Shown here: in pieces, positions 1 through 9,009 of the stretch | Numbering within the stretch: the stretch's first letter is position 1 | Layout: each line of letters begins with the position of its first letter | NCBI GenBank assembly: GCA_002311315.1 | Contig: DBZZ01000068.1 | Coordinates: 23,147 to 57,335 of the forward strand | Source: Methylococcaceae bacterium UBA1147 | Lineage (GTDB): Bacteria; Pseudomonadota; Gammaproteobacteria; Methylococcales; UBA1147 | Direction: 5' to 3' | DNA: 34,189 nucleotides | Notes under the pieces: model-generated | What the model was told of the DNA's origin: nothing | The model's database searches: none | What the model saw: only the letters and a program-made list of their open reading frames with translations | Program-made: the position numbers and the translations under genes

Positions 1-975
1 TTCTGGTTCTTCGGCCATCCGGAGGTGTATATCGTTGCGTTACCGGCCTTCGGCATTGTCTCGGACATCATCAGTGTTCATGCGCGCAAGAACATCTTTG
101 GCTACAGGATCATGGTCTGGGCCCTCGTGATCATTGGCGCACTGAGTTTCATCGTCTGGGCTCACCACATGTACGTGAGTGGCATGAACCCGTACTTCGG
201 TTTTTTCTTCGCCGTCACAACGCTGATCATCGCGGTGCCAACGGCAATCAAGGTCTATAACTGGACCCTGACGCTATGGCACGGTGATATCCACCTGACG
301 GTACCAATGCTGTTCGCCCTTGCATTCGTCAGTACATTTACAATTGGCGGGTTGACCGGTCTGTTCTTGGGTAACGTAACCATCGATCTGCCGTTGTCGG
401 ATACTTATTTCGTTGTTGCCCACTTCCACATGGTGATGGGTGTGGCTCCGATCATGGTTGTGTTCGCGGGAATCTACCACTGGTATCCGAAGATTACCGG
501 CAGGATGCTCAACGATACGATGGGTCAGGTACACTTCTGGTTCACCTTCATCGGTACCTATCTGATCTATTTTCCGATGCATTATCTGGGCTTTATCGGG
601 ATGCCGCGTCGTTACCACGCCTACGACGGATATGAGTTCATTCCGCAATCCGCGCAGGATCTGAACGTATTTATCACTGTTTCAGCACTGCTGGTTGGTG
701 TTGCCCAGTTCATTTTTCTGTACAACCTCTACTGGAGTTACCGGAAGGGGAAAGCCTCCGGACCCAATCCATGGAAAGCCGCTTCGCTGGAATGGCAGAC
801 CCCGGATACTCCGCCGTGCCATGGTAACTGGGGGCCGGAACTGCCGAGTGTGTATCGGTGGCCCTATGACTACAATGTGCCGGGTGCAAAGGGTGATTTT
901 ATCCCGCAAACCCAGGCGGCGAATGGCTCCCCGGGGATGGATGAAGCAGATCCGGCAGAGGGTTGCAAGGTCTGA
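1..975 (+). CDS. ctaD: Cytochrome c oxidase (heme-copper oxidase) subunit I, 5'-truncated by the window edge
   Basis: The window opens in frame with FWFFGHPEVYI, the subunit I signature. The ORF continues through hydrophobic helices (HFHMV, YHWYPK, MPRRY) to TGA at 973-975. Confidence 0.95.
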   Translation, partial: FWFFGHPEVYIVALPAFGIVSDIISVHARKNIFGYRIMVWALVIIGALSFIVWAHHMYVSGMNPYFGFFFAVTTLIIAVPTAIKVYNWTLTLWHGDIHLTVPMLFALAFVSTFTIGGLTGLFLGNVTIDLPLSDTYFVVAHFHMVMGVAPIMVVFAGIYHWYPKITGRMLNDTMGQVHFWFTFIGTYLIYFPMHYLGFIGMPRRYHAYDGYEFIPQSAQDLNVFITVSALLVGVAQFIFLYNLYWSYRKGKASGPNPWKAASLEWQTPDTPPCHGNWGPELPSVYRWPYDYNVPGAKGDFIPQTQAANGSPGMDEADPAEGCKV

Positions 976-978
976 TAA

Positions 979-1587
979 GTGAGCCGCGACAGGGCCAATT
1001 CGTGGGTGCCGGCCGAAGGACTGCTGGACGAGAAGAGTTCTTGGAGAATCCTTTCGTTGCCAGTGCCCAAGTTTGGGTTGGGGGTACTTCTCTCAGTGGT
1101 CACGGTATTGTTCCTGCTTCTGGGGACGTCTTATCTCGTGCGAATGCAGGTTTGGGACTGGCGACCACTTCAGGAACCGGGGATCCTCGTGGCCAATACC
1201 GCGGTGCTGATCCTAAGCAGCATCGCGCTGCAATGGGCCAAGACATGTGCCGAAACCGACCGGATCAAGGAAGTTCGTCAGGGTTTTCTTGCCGCCGGGC
1301 TCCTAACCTGCGTGTTTTTGGTAGGGCAACTGTATGCATGGAGTGAGATTCGCCATACCGTGGTCTTTTTGGAACGCAATCCGTCAACCAGTTTCTTTTA
1401 CCTAGTGACACTGATTCATGGTTTGCATCTGGTTGGAGGACTGGTTGCCTGGGTGAGGGCATCGCTCCGGATCAGGCGGGGTGCCGCCATAGCCCAGGTC
1501 CGGATGAGCATCGAGATGTGTGCCGTCTACTGGCACTTTTTGCTCGCGGTGTGGTTGGTTTTTTATGGGTTGATGTTATCGACATAA
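979..1587 (+). CDS. Cytochrome oxidase subunit III family protein, short CoxO-like paralog
   Basis: GTG start 4 nt after the subunit I stop. It is a 202-aa polytopic membrane protein with FFYLVTLIHGLHLVGG and YWHFLLAVW motifs typical of subunit III. Confidence 0.8.
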   Translation: MSRDRANSWVPAEGLLDEKSSWRILSLPVPKFGLGVLLSVVTVLFLLLGTSYLVRMQVWDWRPLQEPGILVANTAVLILSSIALQWAKTCAETDRIKEVRQGFLAAGLLTCVFLVGQLYAWSEIRHTVVFLERNPSTSFFYLVTLIHGLHLVGGLVAWVRASLRIRRGAAIAQVRMSIEMCAVYWHFLLAVWLVFYGLMLST

Positions 1588-1602
1588 ACAGGGTAGAAAT
1601 AC

Positions 1603-2322
1603 ATGACACAAAGTTCACAAGGGAGTGACGGAGAATCGCTCTCGACAAACGAAAACCTGGATAATACTTCTGCCTCCGGTGTGCAGGGACTGGTTGCTGA
1701 CTGGGCGTCTGACGTCGAAGTCTTCAAGGATGTTCCTTGGGGCAAGGCGATGATGTGGATATTCCTGCTCAGTGATACGTTCATCTTTACGTGTTTTCTG
1801 ACCGGTTACATGACGGTGAGAATTTCCACCACGGTTCCCTGGCCGATTCCGAGTGAGGTTTTCGCTCTCACCATTGCCGGACATCATATCCCGCTGGTCC
1901 TGATTGCGATCATGACCTTTATCCTGATCACCAGCAGTGGAACCATGGCCATGGCGGTGAATTTCGGTTACCGCAAGAACCGCAAAGTTGCGGCGATTCT
2001 GATGTTTGTCACCGCATTGTTTGGGGCATCGTTCGTCGGCATGCAGGTATTCGAGTGGACCAAGCTGATCGTTGACGAGGGGGTCCGTCCATGGAGCAAC
2101 CCGATGGGGGCCGCGCAGTTTGGTTCCACCTTTTTCATGGTGACTGGTTTTCACGGGCTGCACGTATCGATCGGAGTCATCTACCTGAGCATCGTGGCCA
2201 GGAAAGTCTGGCGCGGCGATTACGAACACACGAACTATGAGATCATCGAGATTGCAGGGTTGTACTGGCACTTCGTCGATCTGGTCTGGGTTTTTATCTT
2301 TGCATTCTTTTATCTTTGGTAA
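1603..2322 (+). CDS. Cytochrome oxidase subunit III (CoxP/CtaE-like)
   Basis: 239 aa with FFMVTGFHGLHVSIGV and YWHFVDLVWVFIF motifs. It follows directly in the oxidase operon. Confidence 0.9.
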   Translation: MTQSSQGSDGESLSTNENLDNTSASGVQGLVADWASDVEVFKDVPWGKAMMWIFLLSDTFIFTCFLTGYMTVRISTTVPWPIPSEVFALTIAGHHIPLVLIAIMTFILITSSGTMAMAVNFGYRKNRKVAAILMFVTALFGASFVGMQVFEWTKLIVDEGVRPWSNPMGAAQFGSTFFMVTGFHGLHVSIGVIYLSIVARKVWRGDYEHTNYEIIEIAGLYWHFVDLVWVFIFAFFYLW

Positions 2323-2332
2323 GGGGAATAGA

Positions 2333-2650
2333 ATGGAACACGCAGAAGGACAACAACAGCACCCAGTCGGCCTGTATTTCAAGATCTGGATATTGCTGTT
2401 CGTACTGAGCACCTTTTCCTACCTGGTGGATTACCTGGATTTTCAGGGGTACCTGAGATGGACCCTGATCATCATCTTCATGCTTTTGAAGGCTGGATTC
2501 ATCGTCGCGATTTTCATGCACATGATGTGGGAAAGAATGGCGCTCATTTGTGCCATCCTGTTACCCCCGCTGGCACTGGGCGTACTGATTAGCCTGATGG
2601 CGATCGAAGGAGACACCACGTTCCTGATTCGGTCCATCGTCTTTGGATAG
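2333..2650 (+). CDS. Small membrane subunit, bacterial cytochrome oxidase subunit IV-like
   Basis: ATG at 2333 is preceded by AAGGGGA. The product is 105 aa with three hydrophobic segments and sits right after subunit III. The track start at 2237 would overlap the previous gene, so I did not use it. Confidence 0.7.
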   Translation: MEHAEGQQQHPVGLYFKIWILLFVLSTFSYLVDYLDFQGYLRWTLIIIFMLLKAGFIVAIFMHMMWERMALICAILLPPLALGVLISLMAIEGDTTFLIRSIVFG

Positions 2651-2739
2651 GAACAGCAACAGAGTCAGTGTCTGGAACAGAACCAGGAATGTGAGCATTC
2701 CGGGGGTTAGTTGAGACAAACAATGGATGCTGCACAGGA

Positions 2740-2770
2740 GGCCTGGTTGACTTGTCACCAGGCCTTTTTT
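2740..2770 (+). terminator. Rho-independent terminator of the oxidase operon
   Basis: GGCCTGGT (2740-2747) pairs with ACCAGGCC (2757-2764) across a 9-nt loop and is followed by TTTTTT (2765-2770). Confidence 0.75.
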
Positions 2771-3041
2771 ATGGGCTATAGTCCTTGCAGGAATTGCGAG
2801 ACGAACGAGTTTCTGGAATCCTAAAGTGTGTTGTCTGACAAAGGTGGAGATCGGCCAAAGTTCCACGTACCTGGTCTCTGTCCTGCCATCGATCCGTGAC
2901 AGGGAGTGGCGGGACAACCGGATTCGACTGGTCTGAGCGATGCCGGAAAGGGTAGACTAGGGGCAGTTTTGCACCGCGGAACAGAGTTGTTATCGATTCT
3001 CCGCGTGCTCGAACTCCGTACCCAGATCGGGAGATAGTGCA

Positions 3042-3248
3042 ATGAACGAAGATACACTCAATATGGAAATTCGACGCTTTCTAAAGAATGTAGGCATCAC
3101 CTCGCAGCGCGAAATCGAGCGGGCTGTGATTGCCGCGGTAGAGGACGGAAGACTCGCTGGCAACGAGCGGATCGATGTATCTGTCAGGCTTGATATTCCT
3201 TCCCTAGGCGTTGAAAGAATGATTGATGGAACAATCGGGCTCGAATAA
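3042..3248 (+). CDS. Small conserved hypothetical protein (~68 aa, resembles DUF6494-type proteins)
   Basis: The MNEDTLNMEIRRFLKNVGITSQREIERAV N-terminus resembles a widespread ~70-aa proteobacterial family. The family name is from memory and unverified. Confidence 0.6.
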   Translation: MNEDTLNMEIRRFLKNVGITSQREIERAVIAAVEDGRLAGNERIDVSVRLDIPSLGVERMIDGTIGLE

Positions 3249-3317
3249 TCCGTCGCCCGGCGGTTCGGTGAGACAAGAACACGTTTGATTGGGCTGAGGG
3301 TCTTTTGAGGGGTTGAT

Positions 3318-3896
3318 TTGAGTAAACGGCCGTCCATCCTCGCATTCTCCGGAAGCACGCGGCGAGGATCGTTCAATGATCTGCTGGTACGGGTGGCGGC
3401 TCGAGAGGCTCAGACCCATGGCGTTCCAGTCACCATGATCCGCCTGTCTGATTTTCCCTTGCCGCTCTACGACTCCGATCTTGAAACAGAGCACGGGATC
3501 CCGGACGCTGGGTTTGAATTGAAGAAACTAATGCAGTCACATCAGGGCTTCCTGATTGCGAGCCCCGAGTACAACAGTTCGCTAAGCGCCGTCCTCAAGA
3601 ACGTGATCGACTGGGCCTCCAGACGGGAAGAGGGTGAGGCTCGATTATCATGTTTTGATGCCAAGGTGGTTGGTTTGCTGAGCGCGGCCCCCGGAAAACT
3701 CGGTGGGCTTCGAGGGCTTACACATGTTCGGTCGATCCTCAGCAGCATGGGCTGTCTTGTGATTCCGGAACAGATGGCTTTGGCGGCTGCCCATCTGGCT
3801 TTTGACGACCAAGGGCGGTTGAAGGACGAAGCCATGCAGCACGGTGTGGCGGCCGTTGCGGCCGGCGTAGCCGAACTTCTGAAGAAGCTTTACTGA
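3318..3896 (+). CDS. NAD(P)H-dependent FMN reductase family oxidoreductase
   Basis: TTG start. The LAFSGSTRRGSFN and ASPEYNSS motifs are typical of the FMN_red family. Confidence 0.85.
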   Translation: MSKRPSILAFSGSTRRGSFNDLLVRVAAREAQTHGVPVTMIRLSDFPLPLYDSDLETEHGIPDAGFELKKLMQSHQGFLIASPEYNSSLSAVLKNVIDWASRREEGEARLSCFDAKVVGLLSAAPGKLGGLRGLTHVRSILSSMGCLVIPEQMALAAAHLAFDDQGRLKDEAMQHGVAAVAAGVAELLKKLY

Positions 3897-3980
3897 CCAA
3901 ATCGCCGACAGCTTAACCAGCACCTGATTTATCCCGAACGGGTCAGGGCCGGGGAATGATTCTTGACCGAAGTGCCCTGG

Positions 3981-4496
3981 CTATTCTTTCCTGAGCCATC
4001 CGTCGGGCTGCCTGGGGGCATGGATGAAAAACAGCGTGTCCGACCTTTGCAAGAAAAAGGTTTCGACGGGCTTTCCGGGGATATTCTGTTGGACCATCTC
4101 GATGGTGCTTTCATACACCCCCGCGACGATGGCCAGGTGTCCGTTCTGGGTGTCGGAAAAGACCAGGATGTCATGGACTTCGGGACACCGATCACCACCG
4201 TTTCGATACTGAAGCAGGCCTCGCCGTGGGTTCAATTGACCCTGTTCAAGGCCTGTGTCAAAGAAATCTCTTGCGTGGCCCTAGGGATGAGGCATCCGGT
4301 GGTTCATGACTTCTGCGTAGAATCGCTTGACGAATTCCACGCATTGCCATTTCTGGCCGTAATAATAATCGTCTGTACTTCTGAAGTGGCGGCCATGACT
4401 CCGGTCCTGGTTGATACCGTTTTCGTAAACGGAAACATAGCAGTAACGGTGAGTTTCGCTACCGACCGGCTTCAGTTTCGGGATCGATTTGTCCAT
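3981..4496 (-). pseudogene. CHAP-domain (Gsp-amidase-like cysteine peptidase/amidase) gene interrupted by an in-frame TAG at 4281-4283
   Basis: ORFs 4281..4496 and 3981..4235 share one frame. The upstream part carries the Cys motif GQKWQCVEFVKRFY. The downstream part carries DILVFSDTQNGHLAIVAGV...IEMVQQN with the His. Minus-strand reading across the junction is CAT CCC TAG GGC CAC GCA = H P * G H A. Confidence 0.8.
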
Positions 4497-4618
4497 CTTT
4501 CAATGCATTTTTTTTGACCGGGGCCACCTGAGGAAACCGGGGTCGGTCGATTTCGGGATGAAGTTCGTCTCGCCAGATATTTTGTTTCTCCCGTTCGAGT
4601 GGCGCCGTGGGAGCGGGT

Positions 4619-5041
4619 TCAGAAAGGTTTGACTGTTGCCAGAATGACCGTCCCGAATAGGAATAGGACCGGGATTTCGTTGATCCATCGATAGTACACA
4701 TGTGAATGTTCGTTTCGATCGGATGCAAAGATCTGAACACAATGGCCGCAGTAGAAGTGATATATGACCAGCAGTACCAGTATTCCTAGTTTTGCATGCA
4801 GCCAGCCGGCGCTGCCGTACATTACCCAGGCATAGTCGATCAGCATCCAGATTCCGAAACCGAGCGTCAGGATCATGCCCGGGGTCATGATTCCATAATA
4901 GAGCTTTCGTTCCATGATCTTGAACTGTTCGATGCTTTCATGGTCTTCGCTCATGGCGTGGTAAACGAACAGCCGGGGTAGGTAGAACAGTCCGGCAAAC
5001 CAGGTCACCATGAAGATGAGATGAAAGGCTTTCAGCCACAT
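4619..5041 (-). CDS. hemJ: Protoporphyrinogen IX oxidase HemJ
   Basis: 140 aa with four hydrophobic helices. The N-terminus MWLKAFHLIFMVTWFAGLFYLPRLFVYH is characteristic of the HemJ/UPF0093 family. Confidence 0.85.
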   Translation of the reverse strand: MWLKAFHLIFMVTWFAGLFYLPRLFVYHAMSEDHESIEQFKIMERKLYYGIMTPGMILTLGFGIWMLIDYAWVMYGSAGWLHAKLGILVLLVIYHFYCGHCVQIFASDRNEHSHVYYRWINEIPVLFLFGTVILATVKPF

Positions 5042-5115
5042 GGGTGGTACTCCTTATTTCCAAGGGTGAATGGGGGCAAGCGATGCTCGATTTCCCCGTT
5101 GGCAGTACAGCTAGG

Positions 5116-5751
5116 TTACCGGGTTCTGGTAGGGTCAATCTCGATCAGCCCTGTTGCGATATCTCCGTGCAAGACCCCTTTCAGGGTTTCGATCAGCAGG
5201 CGGTGTTCGGTTTTCAAAACCCGTGCGGCCAGGGTTTCCGGCGTGTCGCCCGGTTCGACCGAAACTTTTGCCTGGGCCAGTACTGGGCCCTGATCATATT
5301 CTTCGTCGACCAGGTGAATGGTAACACCTGTTTCGGTGTCTCCGGCTGCCAAAACGGCTTCATGTACGTGTAAGCCAAACATTCCCTTGCCACCGTACTT
5401 CGGAAGCAGGGAAGGATGGATGTTTATGATGCGGCCGGCAAATGCGCTGGTGATGCTGGCCCCAATTTTTTTCATGTACCCGGCCAGAACTAGCAGTTCG
5501 ACTTGGTGTTCGAACAATTTCTGCAGGATGTAATCGTCGGGAGAACTGTTGGTATCGGCGCAGACTCTGGTATTGGCAACATAGGAGGGAATCGACTGCT
5601 GTCTGGCACGTTGTAGCGCCTGGCAGGATTCGTTGTTGGTGACCACTGCAACGGGCTCTGCATTTAGGTCTCCTTTCCTGCAGCTGTCGATGATAGCCTG
5701 CATGTTGGTTCCGCGGTGAGAGACCAGAAAGCCCAATCGTGTTTTCTTCAT
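5116..5751 (-). CDS. purN: Phosphoribosylglycinamide formyltransferase
   Basis: INIHPSLLPKYGG and TIHLVDEEYDQGP motifs, with the SHRGTN N-terminal loop. Confidence 0.92.
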   Translation of the reverse strand: MKKTRLGFLVSHRGTNMQAIIDSCRKGDLNAEPVAVVTNNESCQALQRARQQSIPSYVANTRVCADTNSSPDDYILQKLFEHQVELLVLAGYMKKIGASITSAFAGRIINIHPSLLPKYGGKGMFGLHVHEAVLAAGDTETGVTIHLVDEEYDQGPVLAQAKVSVEPGDTPETLAARVLKTEHRLLIETLKGVLHGDIATGLIEIDPTRTR

Positions 5752-6122
5752 GTGCTTTGTTCAATTGGGTTTTTGCGGATAGGAAATCAACAGGATAAAG
5801 CGATGTCTCAGGAAAACCGGTCTCCGGTTAATGCCATATCGGGCGTGATAACAGCCCGAGAACTGTTCGGAATGATAACAGGGATCGCTTTGAATCCAAC
5901 AACAAGTGCTTGTTACTGGAATGAAACCCATCATTCCGTGCAGAATAGGTAGGGAAGGATCTGATTGTCCACGGTCTGCTGCATACTGTGGAAACGAGCT
6001 GAATCTCCGGATATTAACCGTTGGTCAATGATGACGGGCGGTGCAGCAGCGGACTAGGGGCTGGAGTCCGTTTCGCGGGCCTGATAGAGTGGCGCCCATT
6101 TTTTTGTAGTGGGGAGACAAAA

Positions 6123-7154
6123 ATGATCAAGGCAGGGATTGTTGGAGGCACCGGCTATACCGGTGTCGAATTGTTGCGAATCCTGATCGGGCATTCCGAG
6201 GTAGAGCTTCGGGCTGTGACTTCGAGAAGTGATGCCGGCGTGAAAGTCAGTGACCTTTATCCGAGCCTGCGTGGCCATGTTGATGTCAAATTCAGCCTAC
6301 CCCAAATCGGAGGCCTTGTTGACTGTGACGTGGTTTTCTTTGCGACGCCGAATGGAACCTGCATGCGCATGGCGCCCGAGCTGCTGGCGCAGGGAGTCCG
6401 GGTGATTGACCTGGCCGCTGATTTCCGTCTGAAGAATCCACAGGAGTGGGAAACATGGTACGGAGAACCGCACGCATGTCCCGAACTGCTGGCAGAAGCG
6501 GTTTACGGACTGCCGGAGATCAATCGTTGTGCCATTCCCGGTGCGCGGCTGGTCGCCAGCCCGGGCTGCTATCCGACCGCCGTGCAACTGGGATTTGCAC
6601 CGTTGGTCAAATCGGGCGCAATTTTTCCTTCTGGGCTGATTGCCGATGTGAAGTCGGGGGTCAGCGGAGCCGGCCGCAAGACCCAGCTTAGCGCCCTGAT
6701 GGCCGAGTGTGGCGAAAGCCTCAAGGCCTATTCTGTTGGCGGCCATCGTCACCTGCCCGAGATTCGGCAGGGGCTATCAACGTGGACCAGTGAAGACATC
6801 GAGCTGACTTTTGTACCGCACCTTACTCCAATGATTCGTGGCATTCATGCCACCCTGTACGGGCGCCTCAAATCCACTGGAACGGATCTGCAGACGCTCT
6901 TTGAACATCAGTATTCCAGTGAACCCTTTGTCGATGTATTGCCTGCGGGAGCACATCCGGATACCCGCAATGTCAAGGGAGCCAATCGGTGTCAGATTGC
7001 GGTTCATCGGCCACAGGATGGCGATATGGTGGTCGTTCTGGCGGTCATTGACAACCTGGTCAAGGGTGCTTCTGGACAGGCGGTTCAGAACATGAACCTG
7101 ATGTTTCAGCTGGAAGAAACAACGGGGCTGGATGCCCTGGGGATTTACCCATGA
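6123..7154 (+). CDS. argC: N-acetyl-gamma-glutamyl-phosphate reductase
   Basis: Internal ATG at 6123 gives [21 protein letters not shown]. The catalytic-Cys motif SPGCYPTA is present. The longer track start at 6021 adds a non-conserved extension. Confidence 0.93.
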   Translation: MIKAGIVGGTGYTGVELLRILIGHSEVELRAVTSRSDAGVKVSDLYPSLRGHVDVKFSLPQIGGLVDCDVVFFATPNGTCMRMAPELLAQGVRVIDLAADFRLKNPQEWETWYGEPHACPELLAEAVYGLPEINRCAIPGARLVASPGCYPTAVQLGFAPLVKSGAIFPSGLIADVKSGVSGAGRKTQLSALMAECGESLKAYSVGGHRHLPEIRQGLSTWTSEDIELTFVPHLTPMIRGIHATLYGRLKSTGTDLQTLFEHQYSSEPFVDVLPAGAHPDTRNVKGANRCQIAVHRPQDGDMVVVLAVIDNLVKGASGQAVQNMNLMFQLEETTGLDALGIYP

Positions 7155-7174
7155 GGTCCCTGGATGCCTGACCG

Positions 7175-7872
7175 GTGACGACAACCAACCGTTTTTCCCG
7201 TTTCGGTCGGGTGGTGCGTAATCCGTGGGTGATTATCAGTGTATGCGGATGCGCAATTTTACTGGTCGGAATCCTGGTCGGTCGCTTCTTCCTCGAAGGT
7301 GCTGGCCGGTCGGCCCTTCTTGGACGGGAGGAACTGATTCGACAGATTGATGATGCCGAATCCGTCATCGTTGGCCTTGAACGGCAGGTAACGGTGGCCG
7401 AAAACGCTAGTCGCATTGATCAGCTGGCCGTAAGGTCGACCCAATCAAGCCTTGACTCATTGCATGCTGAATTGCAGCAGATGGAGCAGGAACTGGAGTT
7501 TTATCGCCGCATCGTTTCGCTCGGAGAGGGCAAGGGTGAGTTGCAGATTGAACGCTTTCGCATGTCTTCTGGTCCCGAGGGTGATCGGTTTTCACTGACC
7601 CTGTCCCAGGGTATTGGAAGGCACGCCAAGATCAGCGCCGTTGCAATGCGCTTCGGTTCGTCGGGACATTGAACGGTGAGAAACGGGTCCTGTCGCTAAA
7701 GGATGTAGATGCTGAGAAACGGAAACGCCTGAAATTTTCATTCCGATATTTCCAGACTGTTAGCGATGCGCTGCATTTTCCGCACGATTTTGAGCTCCAG
7801 ACGGTCACGGTTTCGGCAGAGGCGCAAACCAAACGCCGAAGCAAGCTTTCCGAGAGCTGGACCAGTGAATAA
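7175..7872 (+). pseudogene. Membrane-anchored coiled-coil protein (DUF6776-like) split into two ORFs by an apparent 1-nt frameshift near 7640-7670
   Basis: ORF 7175..7672 has an N-terminal TM helix and a coiled coil. ORF 7669..7872 has no SD of its own and uses a TTG overlapping the first stop. The second frame is open back to 7600 and reads ...NALRFVGTLNGEKRVLSL. The combined length is ~232 aa. Confidence 0.55.
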
Positions 7873-8030
7873 TTTGAAAAACGGTTTCAAACGGGGTGCT
7901 TCGGCGACCCGTCCAATTGCCATCAGTGCGAAGGATCCGTAATCGGTCGGCGTGACAGAAGCCTTGAATGATGTTGGATTTGAGCGTTCCGGTTGGCTTG
8001 AGTGGAATAGGATCTTCAGGCTCCATTATC

Positions 8031-8059
8031 TTGACGGGCTCAAATCGAAAAGACATAAT
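8031..8059 (+). promoter_or_regulatory. Candidate sigma70 promoter for erpA
   Basis: TTGACG (8031-8036), a 17-nt spacer, then CATAAT (8054-8059). Confidence 0.35.
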
Positions 8060-8073
8060 CTAATGTTAACCGA

Positions 8074-8439
8074 ATGGCTATTGAGAGAGTGTACAACGTG
8101 GATGTGAATCAAGCCCCTGTTCAGTTCACCGGGAACGCGGCGACGCGGGTTGGTGAACTAATCTCCGAGGGAGGGAACGAGAACCTAAAGTTGAGGGTCT
8201 ACATTACCGGAGGCGGATGTAGTGGTTTTCAGTATGGTTTCATGTTCGACGAACAGTCCAACGACGATGATACGGTCATCGAACGTGACGGGGTCACTGT
8301 GCTAATTGATTCGACCAGTATCGAATACTTGCAGGGAGCGGAAATAGATTACAAGGATGACCTGACCGGTTCCCAGTTCGTCGTTCGCAATCCGAATGCT
8401 TCTACGACCTGCGGTTGCGGTTCCTCGTTTTCCATTTGA
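8074..8439 (+). CDS. erpA: Iron-sulfur cluster insertion protein ErpA
   Basis: [19 protein letters not shown] and the C-terminal [10 protein letters not shown] motif. An in-frame GTG at 8098 with GAGAGAG upstream would give a more typical ~113-aa protein. Confidence 0.93.
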   Translation: MAIERVYNVDVNQAPVQFTGNAATRVGELISEGGNENLKLRVYITGGGCSGFQYGFMFDEQSNDDDTVIERDGVTVLIDSTSIEYLQGAEIDYKDDLTGSQFVVRNPNASTTCGCGSSFSI

Positions 8440-8485
8440 TCCTGCCTGTTCCACCGGTTTTGATGCATTCCGATCGAATCCCTGC

Positions 8486-8514
8486 CGCTCAGTTTCGGAG
8501 ACTGGAACTGAGCG
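8486..8514 (+). terminator. Hairpin downstream of erpA (weak terminator candidate)
   Basis: CGCTCAGTT (8486-8494) pairs with AACTGAGCG (8506-8514) across an 11-nt loop. It is followed by AAAAGCCCTTTTC rather than a clean U-tract. Confidence 0.25.
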
Positions 8515-9009
8515 AAAAGCCCTTTTCTGGCTGATGGTTTCCTGTTGCCAATAACCTATTTCGAGCGGTTTCTTTCAGCATCCACTCAAGCGGTCTTGTT
8601 TCCGGTCGGCATTGAACCCTACGTTCGACAATGGTGCGCTCGGCCTATAACCGGCATGAATTCGGAGTCTGAGGGCCGGGTGGAAACCCGGCAATATACT
8701 GCCTTCGCCGAGATCATGCGGCTGATTGCTTCATTCCGAACTTAGAGTTGGTCACGGTTTCTGCTGCGGTTCTCCTCCCCCCTGTCGGAATTCATCGAAA
8801 GAAAGGAAGATACGCAACCGGTTTCGGGCGGCTGGATGCTTCACTCCTGGAACACGACAAGGTTCTTCCAGGGTGTAATAGATCGGAGCGATATTTGCAG
8901 CCGACCTCTTAGGCACCGACAAAAGGTTCGGTCTCCTTGGTTAAATGAAATTTAAGATGAAACGGGTTGTTGTTGCCTGATGAAAACGACAGGCCCTCAG
9001 AGGAAAAGC

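Noticed and set aside
1615-2412. 265-aa minus-strand ORF
   Set aside because: It is entirely antisense to the well-supported subunit III gene. The translation is low-complexity (R/H/D/Q-rich) with no recognisable motifs, which is typical of shadow ORFs.
3963-4517. 184-aa plus-strand ORF
   Set aside because: It is antisense to the CHAP-domain gene, whose Cys/His motifs clearly define the minus strand as coding.
5716-5952. 78-aa plus-strand ORF (or a 49-aa version from ATG 5803) in the purN/argC divergent region
   Set aside because: Its 5' end overlaps the purN start region. It has only a weak SD and no recognisable family. I kept only the repeat observation from this region.
7805-8056. 83-aa minus-strand ORF between the DUF6776-like gene and erpA
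   Set aside because: Its start lies 17 nt from the erpA ATG and on top of the predicted erpA promoter. Its 3' end overlaps the convergent gene by 68 nt. I found no SD and no recognisable family.
8545-8745. 66-aa plus-strand ORF in the erpA-tyrS gap
   Set aside because: It has a non-ATG start, no SD and no recognisable motifs. It may only reflect the open frame of a degraded region.
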